Shown here: piece after piece, positions 1 through 10,600 of the stretch
Position numbering within the stretch: position 1 is the stretch's first letter
How the letters are laid out: every line of letters begins with the position of its first letter
Origin: Camelus ferus
Taxonomy: Eukaryota
Reading direction: 5' to 3'
Assembly: GCF_009834535.1 (NCBI RefSeq)
Contig: NC_045696.1
Location: 50,036,001 to 50,100,000, forward strand
DNA length: 64,000 nt
Position numbers and translations under genes: made by a program
The notes under the pieces: model-generated
Seen by the model: the letters and a program-made list of their open reading frames with translations, nothing else
Told to the model about the DNA's origin: nothing
The model's database searches: none

Positions 1-2110
1 ATATGTATAAGTGGTTATTTTAAGTTGCTTATTTCTTAAGTTCAAATGCATTTTAACAACTCTGCATTCCCCCTCACCATGCTTGCTGACTTTGACATCA
101 TATTTTATATCTTTATGTTTTGTGTATCCTTTAACTACATGTTGTGGATATAGATGATTTTATTACCTTTGTCTTTTAACCTTACTTGTACCTTTATACA
201 TTGTTGATTTACTGCCTTTACTTTATATTTGCCTTTACCAATGAGACTTTTAATTTTGTAGTTGACTTGTAAGTTTTTATATTTCTAGTTGTGGCTTTTT
301 CTTGTTTACCTAGAAAAGTCCATTTAACATTTCTAATAAAACTGGTTTAGTGGTTTACTGGTGCTGAACAAGCTTTTGCTTGTCTATGGAACTTTCAATC
401 ACTTCATCAAATCTGAATGAAATACTTGCCAGGTAGAGTATTCTTGGTTGTAGGTTTTCCCCATTCACCACTTTAAATATATCATGCCACTTCCTTCTGG
501 CTGCCATTTCTGCTCCCTATTTGGGCTATGTGGGGCCTTCTGCTGTAGTGGGCTGACTACTGCTGGTGGTCTGGTAGGTGTAGCTGATCCCTGGTTTGGT
601 TACTTGCCATGCCTTGCCTTTTGTGGAGGCTCCTGGCCACTGGAGGGCAGGGTTGGGTCACAAGGCCGCTGGCTGCATTGCCCCAGGAGGTCCCAGTGTA
701 GTGCTGGTCTACTGCTGGGCAGAGTTGGGTTCTGGAGTGGGTGAATGTGGTGCTGGCAGTCCCAGATCTAATGTTGGATTGCTGGTGGGTAGGGTTGGTT
801 CTTGGTGTGGCTGGCTGTTGTGTTCAGGGTGTCCTGAATTTGGTGTTGACCAGCTGGTGAGTGAGGTATATCCTATGGCAGCTGGCTGAGGTGTCCAAGT
901 TGTCTTGGATCTGATGTTTACCTTCCATTGGGCAGGACTTGGGCCTGGGGCTTGGGGGGGGGGGGTCCCAAGGCTAGTAGAGCTGGCTCTCTGGTGGGTG
1001 GAATCAGGTTTCTGAGCCTCAATCTGTAGGGCCCTGAAGGGCTAAGAGCTGGAGTAGGTCCACTGGTGAGAAGGCTGACATGGCTGGCTGAAGGGTCTTT
1101 GTGTGTTCCAAGCTGGTGTTGGCTTGCTGGTGGGTGAATCCAGATCCTTGGGTGTCTGGCTGAGGGTCTGCAGTAGTCCTGGGGCTGGTGTCTACCCATT
1201 GGTGAGTGAGGCTGGTCCCGGGGCTACTGTTGGCTAACTGATGAGTGGAACTGGGTCCCATTGTCTCTGGCTACAGAGTCCTAGAGTCCTGGGGCTAGTG
1301 CCAGTGTGCTGGTGTGCAGGCCTGGGTCTAGGGTCCTCTGGTGGACAGGACTGGTCCTGGGGCAGCTGTGGGCTCAGGGGTGCAGCAGGCCTACTGGTGG
1401 GTGGGGTTCTGTTTCTGCCCAGCTAGTTGCTTGGCCTAAGGTGTCCCAGTACTGGGGCCTATAGGCTGATGTGTGGCACAAGGTCCTGGCACTAGTAAGC
1501 TAGAGGCAGGATTCCAAAATGGTGCTTGCCAGCATCAATATCCATGTGGCAGAATGAGCTCCACAAAGTGGCTGCTACCACTGTCTATGTCCCTGGGGCA
1601 AGTCCCAGCTGCCTTCTGCCTCTCCAAAAGGCTCTCCAAGATCAGCAGCTGGGTATGACCCAGGATCCTTTCAAATTACTGCTTCTGTTCTGGTTCTGTG
1701 TGCGCCCTGTAGGAGTGGAATCTCTAGCTCCTATTGCCCTCTGCCTCTCCTGAAAGCAAGCTCCACTGTCCTTCAAAGCCAAATATTCTTATGAAATTGT
1801 CTTCCTGCTGCAGAACCCCCAGGCTGGGGAGCCCAGTTTGGGTCTTGAACCCCTTGCTCCTTTGGGAGTGCTGCAATTGTAATTATCCTTCCATTTGTGG
1901 GTTGCCCACCTGTGGATATGGGTCTTGACTATATCACCTCTCCACCCCTCTACCTGTCTCATGGTGGTTCTTTGTTTATACCTTTAGCTTCTACTAGTCT
2001 TCTGATTTTTTTCTCATCAATAGTTTCTCTATGAGTAGATGTAATTTTGGTGTGCCTGTGGGAGAATGCAAGCTCAGGGTCTTCATACCCTTCCATCATG
2101 GCCATTCCTC
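1..2110 (-). mobile_element. LINE-1 5' portion (5'UTR about 505-2110 plus ORF1 3' end), internally deleted and degraded
   Basis: Antisense L1 ORF1 text (gtagagtattcttggttgtagg...tttaaatatatcatgccac). The G-rich 5'UTR resembles the L1 5'UTR copies at 26180-28720. Confidence 0.75.
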
Positions 2111-2114
2111 TTGG

Positions 2115-2740
2115 CAATTTTAGTTTGTCTCTCACCTCTGTGGTTTGTGATAAAAATTAGTTGTTAATGTCATTGAAAATCTTTTGTATATAAGAGTTCC
2201 TGTCTTTTGCTACTTTTAAGATTCTCTTTGTCTTTGATTATGTTTGATTATTATGTGTCTTTGTGTGGATCTTTTTGTGTTTATTCTACATAGAGTTTGC
2301 TGATTTTCTTATTAGATATGGAGGCTAATGTTTCTTATCAGATTTGGAAAGTTTTCAGTCATTTTTGAAGAAATATTCTTTCTATCCCCTCTCTGTATCC
2401 CCTCTCCTTCTGGGACGTTCATTATGAATATGATGGTGCTCTGATAGTGTTCCACAGGTCTCTGAGGTTCTGTTCATTCTTCTTCAGTCTTCTTTTTTCT
2501 GTTCCTCAGAAGAGCCAACCTCAACTGATCTATCTTCAAGTTCATTGTTTCTATTTTCTGCCTCCTTGAACCAGTTATTGAGCCCCTCTAGTGAATTTTT
2601 CATTAGTTATTACACTTCTATAATTCAGAATTTCTATCCACTCTTTTTTTTATAATTGTTATCTCTTAACTGATATTTTATATTAGTGATACATCATTCT
2701 TATACTTTCTTTTAATTCTTTAGACATGGTTTCCTTTAGA
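2115..2740 (-). mobile_element. Older LINE-1 ORF1 fragment
   Basis: Antisense L1 ORF1-like text (tttggaaagttttcagtcatt; ccacaggtctctgaggttctgttcatt; tcttcaagttcattg). Confidence 0.65.
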
Positions 2741-4229
2741 GTACTTTGCTGGGATCCCAGTCATTCTTTAAAGTTATAATGCTTGAGTTCACATCTTTAT
2801 TACTCACAGGAAAAGGATCAGGGGATGGATTTTCCCCTCAATATAACTTCCTGTCCCCTAACATAGCAGCAGTGTTTCTCACTGACTCAGAGACTGCTGG
2901 GCATCTAATCCTAATACCTTTTATTCACGATGAGTCTTCTGTCTTTTTCAGAGATGACCCCGAACCAGAGGTAATATATTTGTAGTGTCAGTTTCATTTT
3001 CCCTTAAAAACTGAGTTTTCTTGCTTCATTAACCAAGGCAACAGCTCTCAGGTGGGTAGTGGGTTTAGAAGCTAGAATTTAGATACCGGAAAGGTTTATC
3101 TTAAGGGAAGTCAGAGGAAAAAAGGCCTCCAACACCTAGAGTCATAGGAAAGAGATGAATATTGATATATGAGGTGGGGGAGTGGCGGGTAGTGACAATC
3201 CGTGCCAATAGAGGCTTTTGATTTCCTGAGACAGGAGCTGAGGGAGAAGTTATGAGAGGGAAAGGTAATTTTTATAGTGACAAAAAGAAAAGAGAAGGCT
3301 TATTGCCAAAATGTGTTTTGTGTGTACACACAGTGTGCGTGTGTTAGTTCGTGTTGGGGGTGAAGTGTGGCTGTATGTGTACTAACTGGAGGCTGGTTAA
3401 TGATCTCACTTTAGAGAAGCTAAGCCCAACAGTACTCCTCTGAGAACGGTATTTGCCCAAGCCCAAGCCCCAGCCCTAGCTCTGGTTTCATTCCCCATCC
3501 CTGGTCTGTTTGGCTAATAAAGTGTAATTCTAGGACATTCTAGATAAAGATCACTACCCCTAAGTTGTAAGGCAAGATATGTAGTCCAGAAGACATTAAT
3601 CATTAAACCAGCAATACCAGGATGCAAGAAGAAATAAAAAACTTCACTTTCAAAAGAATTGTTCATGTTAAAGTATGCTATGATCTGGTAGTAAAAGCAC
3701 TTCTTTTCCAGGATTCCAGCAGGAGGAAGACATTCTGGGGAAGCTGGTATGAGTTCATGTGCATAAAGTGCCAATAAGCAGGTGGCTGGGTTGGCGTTTA
3801 AAGGAGAAAAATAGAAACCAAGAGCACCAGGAAAGGAGTGCTTTCCCTGTATTTAAAATTGTATGTGGAGAGGGGAGTTTATAGGAAGATGAAAGGGACC
3901 TGTGTCTGTGTTTGATTTTCCCATTCCTGCTGTTTGAGGAGATGGGTTGTAGAGATGTAGATGCCAAGGGGAATGATTTTTAGAAACTTAGCATACCTCT
4001 GCAGAGAGCAGTCTTCACTAGATCTCATTGTGGATATACTAGTTTAATGTACATTATGTACATAAATAGCAGGACTTCAAAGACTCATTAGTAACACTCT
4101 CAATAGGAGATCTAATTAAATTTTCTTACAAGTTAGCAGGTAAGTTTTCAAACCCTGTGTATGAATCACAGGACAGTTACAGAACAATGGGCAGATATGT
4201 TTATGATTTAGGCATAAACCTAAGATTCT

Positions 4230-4395
4230 TTTTTCTTTTATTCTTATTTTTTATTAAAGTATAGTCAATTTATAATGTTAGTTTCAGGTGTCACAGCAAA
4301 GCAATTCAGTTATACATATACATGCATATATTTTTTTTTCCAGTTTCTATTCTATTACAGCTCATTACAGGAAATTGAGTATAGTTCCTTGGGTG
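4230..4395 (-). mobile_element. Short L1 3'-tail fragment
   Basis: T-rich tail plus tatagtcaatttataatgttagtttcaggtg, similar to the tails at 13550, 21617, 31810 and 38990. Confidence 0.6.
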
Positions 4396-4584
4396 TGGTA
4401 TAACCAGGGATTAGGCAAGCAAGGAAGTCCAAAAATAAAAATCAAGTTTTAACAGATTACCAGAGTAATGGTTATTGAGTAACAGGTTTGGGAGGAAAAC
4501 CCCAACAGTTCCATCTGAGTTCCAGAGTTTCAGGTAGAAAGTGAGAAACTCCCAATGCTAGTGAAGAATTTATCAACGAATTTC

Positions 4585-4648
4585 ATGGGCTTCCCACTCC
4601 ATCCTGCTATCCAGCTCCTTATGCTTTCCCTCTGGGTAAGAGGATCAG
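4585..4648 (+). CDS. CD200-like paralogue, signal-peptide exon ([21 protein letters not shown])
   Basis: ATG at 4585, with another in-frame ATG at 4555. Hydrophobic core [11 protein letters not shown] followed by RGS. Phase-1 donor CAG|GTAACT joins the IgV exon in frame (G+AT = Asp). Confidence 0.6.
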
Positions 4649-7600
4649 GTAACTTTTAATTTTTTCTCTCAAGTGCATTGGCTGGAAATCAATGGCAAAT
4701 AAATACCAGACTGTAGTCTTTTTACTTCTATAAGGTTAGATAGAGGATTATGTTTGGGTCTGCATGTTAATCACGTACGTATCTGAGTTGTTGGCAATTA
4801 GCAAACAGTTGAAGTTGAGCATATTTGAAATAGTGACTTTGTAAACAGAGAATGAAAGAAATGTAATGAGTCCTGCTTCTGAAGTGAGCCCAAGTCTCAT
4901 AAACTAGAGAGCCAGAAACCTGCTGGAGGCAAATGAGCTCTTTGCAAGTTAGTTTGTTTTGCAGTATTCTTTGCAGCCCATTTGCCTTTTAGGTTTTATT
5001 TGTTTTGAGGCTTTTCTTGGTCAAAAAATTTTTCATTTTTATGCTGTCAAATCTGTTGGGATTTTTTTACTTTTTTTACTTTTTTTACTTACTTATCATG
5101 ACAAACTGAGGTACACCTGAAACACGTTAAAAATTTAGTAAATATTTCAAGTCTTGTTATTTTCTAGTCATTTAAAATAATTTAACTCAAATCCATCTAA
5201 TATATTTAACTCAGATCCATCTAAAACCAGTTTGGTTCATGGTCAAGGCAATAACTAATGTTCTATAGAAATTCAATAGAGAAAAAAAACTCATAGTAGC
5301 TTCTAGTTAAGAATTTTTTTTCCTGGGGGAAGTATCATCTGAGTTTAGTTAGACGGTTCAATCAAAATTTGAATGTGGGATGATATATGCTGAGGACAAA
5401 AAGTGTGAGAGGTAGAGGAAACCATTATGTTACTTCTCCTTAATTTACTTCTGCATCTAAAATGCAAAAATGGGTCAATAAAAAATGTTTAAAAAAATAA
5501 AATAAAATGCAAAAATGGGAAAGATTGGTAGTGTCATCAAGTAACTCAGAATCTAGTAAGGGAGACAAGCATGTGAAAAAGTAATGATGAAACTGTGTGG
5601 TAAGCACAATTATAGAAATTGTTATGGAGATAGTGATAGCTTGTTAACTCTTCTATATTGCTATTTTTTTACTTCCTTATGTATTATTGGATCTTTCCTT
5701 GAGGGTAGGGACTATATAACCCATATAACTGACATTACATCTACATGTTCTTTTTTGATATTCACAATACCCTGTGAGTCAGGGTATACCCTATCAACTC
5801 TGATGTCTATATAGGTTACATGTGCAATAAACTTAGATTTTCAGGTTACAGTCTTTATTACTTGGCATCCTCAGTCTCCTAAATGATTGGTTTTTTTTTA
5901 GTTGTATACATTAAAGATCACTTTACCTGCTGTAATGCTCAATTCATCTTGACAAATGCATAATGTCACTTATCAACCACTGTGGCTTCACACAGAATAG
6001 TTTCATTGCCCTAAAACTCCCCTGTGCCTCACCCATTCAACCTTCCCCCAACCTCTGAATCCCTGGCCGCCACTGGTATTTTTACTGTCTCTGTGGTTTT
6101 ATCTTTTACAGAATGACATAGACTCATTCAGTATATAACCTTTCTAGACTGACCACTTTCACTTAGTAATATGCATTTAAAGTTTATCCATGTCTTTTTG
6201 TGGTTTGGTAGCTCATTTCTTTTTATAGGTGAGAAATATTCTATTATATAAATGTAGATCATTTACTCATTCACCTATTGAAAGTACCTTGGCTGCCTTC
6301 ATTTTTGGTGATTATGAATAAGGCTGCTATAAACACATCTATGCAGATTTTTGTGTGGATCTAAGTTTTAAAATAAGTTGCGTAAATACCTAAGAACACA
6401 ATTGCTGGATCATACATTAAGTGTATGTTTAATTTTGTAAGAAACTGCCAAACTGTCATGCAAAGCTATACCATTTTACATTTTTATCAGCAATAATGAG
6501 AATTTCTGTTTTTGGCCATATCCTCACCAACATTTGGTATTATAATTTTTTTAACCATTTTAATAGGTATGTAGTAAAATCTCATTATTGTTTTAATTTG
6601 AAATTTCCAGATGACAAGAGATTTTGTGTATTTTTTCATGTGCTTATTCGCTATTTGTATATTTTCTTTGATGAGGTGTCTGTTCAGAATTTTTTGCCTA
6701 CTTTTAAATTAAGTTGTTTGTTTTGCTATTTTTTGTATATGTTGAATACAAGTCTGCTATAGTCTAAATGTTTACACTTCCTCCCTCAATTCATATATTG
6801 AAATCCTAACCCATAAAGGTTATGGTATTAGTAGGTGGGGCTTTTGGGTGGTGATTAGGGCATGAGGGTACAGCCCTGATACATGGGATTACTGCTCTTG
6901 TAACAGATCCACAGAGCTTTTTAGTGCCTGTCCATGTGAGGATACAATGAGAAATGTACAGACTGTAAGAGAGCCCTCACCCAGTCATGCTGGCATCCTA
7001 ACCTTGGACTTCCAGCCTCCAGAACTGTGAGAAGTACATCTCTGTTGTTCATTAGCCACTCAGTCTGTGGTATTTTGTTACAGCAGCCTGAAAGGACTAA
7101 GACAAAGTCCTATGTCACATATGTATTCTACAAGTACTTTCTTCTAATCTATGGCTTATCTTTATATTCCCTTTACATTGTTTTTCACAGGACAAAAAAT
7201 TTTAACTTTAATGAAGTCCAACTCATGAATTTTTTTCCCTTCATGGGTCATACTTTTAGTAATGTATCTAATAACTCATCATCAAACCCAAGGTTAGCTG
7301 GATTTCCTCCTATGTTTTCTTCTAGAAGTTTTATAGTTTTGCATTTTTATTGGTCTATAAATCCATTGTGAGTTAATTTTTGTGAAACTCAGTTAGATGT
7401 CTATATTAAGTTTTTAGCATATGAATGTTATCAGGGGTTGAATAGTGTCCACTACACCCTGTTCCCAATTCGTATCTATCTGGAACTTCAGAATGTGATC
7501 TAATTTAGAAATAAGGTCGTTGCAGATGAAAGTAAGGTAAGGATCTAAGAATGAAATCATCCTGCGTTAGGGTGGGCTCTGAATCCAATGATGGCATCCT

Positions 7601-10600
7601 TATAAAAAGAGGGAAGGACATAGAGCCACAGCATAGAACACCATGTGAAGATGGAGGCAGGTATTATAGTGATGCACCTACAAATCAAGGAATTCCAAGG
7701 ATTATTGGCAACCACAAGAAACTTGGAGAGAAGGAACCAACACTACTAACAACTTGATCTAGGGCTTCTGACCTCTAGATCCGTGAAAAAAATACATTTC
7801 TATTGTTTTAAGCTACCAAGTGTGTAGTAGTTTGTCATGGCATCCCTAGGAAGGTAATCAGACATCCAGCTCCCCCAGCAGCATCATTTGTTCAAAAGAT
7901 GATTTTTCCTCCATTGAATTGCTTTTGCATCTTTGCCAAAAAAACAGCTGACTGTGTTTGTGTGGGTCCATATCTGGACTTTCGCGTCTGTTCCATTGAT
8001 CTATTTGTCTGTTCTTTGGACAATACCACACTGTATTGATTACTGCAGCTTTATACTAACTCTTGAAGTTGGGTAGCACCAATCCCCTGACTTTGTTTTT
8101 CTCCTTCAGTATTGTGTTATTCTGGGTCTTTTGCTTCTTCACATAAACTTTAGAATCAGTTTATCAATATCCATAAAATAACTTGCTGGAATTTTGATTA
8201 GGGTTGCATTTAATTGACAGATCAACTTGGGAAGAACTGATAATATTGAGTTGTCCTATCTGTGAATATGGAATATCTCTCATTAATTTAGTTCTTCTTT
8301 GATTTCATTCATCAAAGTTTTGTTGTTTTCCTCATACAGATCATGTATGTATTTTGTTAGATTTATGTCTAAGTATTTCATTCTCAAGTTAATGATTTTA
8401 GTGCTTTTCTGTATATAGGAAGATGCAAGAACCTGGGGTCACTGAAATTTTTCTTTAGATATGTGTCTTAACTATCCAGGGCTGATATATCCAGAGCACA
8501 GAGTGCTTCCTGTTTTCTCCATCTTGAATTCCCCTCAGATGCACTGTTGGTGGGTGACTGCAGTGGTTAATGGCTTGATCCTTAAAGAACTGGAATGTCA
8601 GGCAACTTTTTTTCTTTACAATACTGTGTTTGAGTCTGGTTTGGATTCTTGCTTTGTCTCTTCAGATTATTTTTATTCTTGGCTCATAGCATGCCTTATA
8701 ATTTTTTGTTAATATCCAGATGTGATACCTCAGGTAATAGGAACTAAGGTAAATAGAGCTTTAGCATGGGTTTTATGTTAATCTGGCTAGGAGTTGGGTT
8801 GTGTTGACTCTTCTGTAGGTCTAGGTGTCAAAGGCTTCAAATTCTTGTAGTTCCTTGTTTTTGCTTCCCCTGTTGATTTGAACTTCCCTAAGAACTCCTT
8901 ATTTATTAAAGCCTGAGACTTGCAACCATTTCAGCTGTAATCCACTATCATATTGGAGCCCTGTTGATGTGGTGGTAAAGAGTGAAGGAGGAGAAGTTTT
9001 TAAAAATCTTACAGTTAGAGAGACCATCAAAATTCATCAAAACGTACATCTGAAATACATGTAGGCTATTGTACAGGAGCCATATCATAATAAAGGTGTT
9101 AAAAAATTAATTTAATTTAATTTAAAAGTTTAAAAAAATCGTAAAACAAAGACTATAAAGTACATCACTTTGGAAATAAGCTCTGGGTTGTTTTCAAAAT
9201 AAAATCTGTGCAATAAAGAAAAATCTTACGGTTAAACCTCACTCTTTTAGTAGGCCTGTGTCCTTCGGCTATGACCTTCAAAATTTTTTACCTATTTTTT
9301 TCCTCCTTCCCCAACTTAAATGAGACAGGGAAGCTAAAGAAAACTGGAGCGGGGTCATTGTCCTTCCATCCACATGAGATAAGGCTCTGGTAAAGTCTTA
9401 TTTCCTGGGTAGTAAGTCTTTTTATGGAACATGCGCTGGGCTTATTTTAAAATGGTGACATTCCCTTCCTCTTGCTAAAGTTATGAGGTGATTTTTTTGG
9501 CATTGTATCATGAGAACTGGTGGAGTTCCAGCTGGTGAAACCTATAAAACCTGGGGTTCTCCCTAAGACTAGGTCCCTGAGGAGTTCATCACCCTCTAGC
9601 TAGGTCACAGTTAGCCTTCAGAAATTCATCAAAATTATCATTATTCGTCTTATGTTGTTTAATTTATGTTTCAACTTTTGTATTTAATAAATATTTATTG
9701 ATTAGATAGTATATACCAGAAACATTTTCAAAGACTACATATCAGTGGTGAAGAAGATAGAAGAATTTATTTTCTAATGGAGGAAGAGAGGCAAATAAAA
9801 AGATAACTATGAAACAGAGAGATAAGTGCTATCATGTGGTAAGTCTAGGGTAGTATGAAAATACATTTCTCTTAATTTGTACTGGATTTTATTTTCAGAT
9901 TATCCACAGAGGATAAAGCACAAAAATAATGAGACAGCTGTATTGGGAGAAAATGTGACAATTTTCTGCAATTTAACAACTCCAGCAGATGTTGTTCAAA
10001 TTACCTGGCAGAAGATTCAAGATTCTTTGCCACAAAATATTGGCACATATAGCAGTAAATATGGAGAAAAGATTCTTCCACCATATATAGATCGGCTGCA
10101 CTGTGAGGCCATTGAATTGAATTGTTCATTCATAACTATCCGTGAAGTGACATTTGAAGATGAAGCCTGCTACAAATGCTTATTTAATATTTTCCCACAT
10201 GGACGCTATGGAGGACAAATCTGCCTTAACATTATAAGTATATAAACTTTTTATGTGGAGTCAAAATCATGGGGATGTGGTCTTTGAAGTTTAAGATCCA
10301 GAGAAAGAATTTTAGAAAAGGAACAACAATAATAGAGTTCATTCAGGCAAAGTCCTTTATTTTACAGAAGAACAGAACAGGAGCCAATGATGGTCACATG
10401 CTTTGCCTATTTCCACACAATGCAAGACCTAACACAGCTTTTAGGTTTTCAGACTTCTTATCAGACTTTTTTGGTACTACACTGCACTGCCTTTAGTCCA
10501 CTGGATGAATCTCATGAATGGCATTAGGATTTTCGCTGGGAAAATAGAGGAGAAGAAAAAGAGACAGTAGAGGAGAAAGAGGAAAAAAGATGCTAAGAGA

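Larger units (their letters stand above)
5890..8385 (-). mobile_element. LINE-1 (L1M-type) 3'UTR/ORF2 fragment, interrupted by two MaLR LTRs
   Basis: Antisense L1 motifs (tttgtaagaaactgccaaactg; ttttcttctagaagttttatagtttt; ttgctgggaattttgattagggttgcatt). Confidence 0.8.

Noticed and set aside
484..1928. Cluster of overlapping 60-97 aa ORFs
   Set aside because: They lie in a G-rich antisense L1 5'UTR and show no domain or splice structure.
3310..3380. TG-rich stretch resembling the (TG)n in the CD200 promoter as a relic of promoter duplication
   Set aside because: Low-complexity similarity only; no alignable flanks.
5180..5224. 24-bp-period imperfect duplication (atttaactca.atccatctaa twice); similar roughly 50-bp-period duplication at 13976-14065
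   Set aside because: Ordinary slippage duplications with only two copies and no spacers; not an array such as CRISPR.
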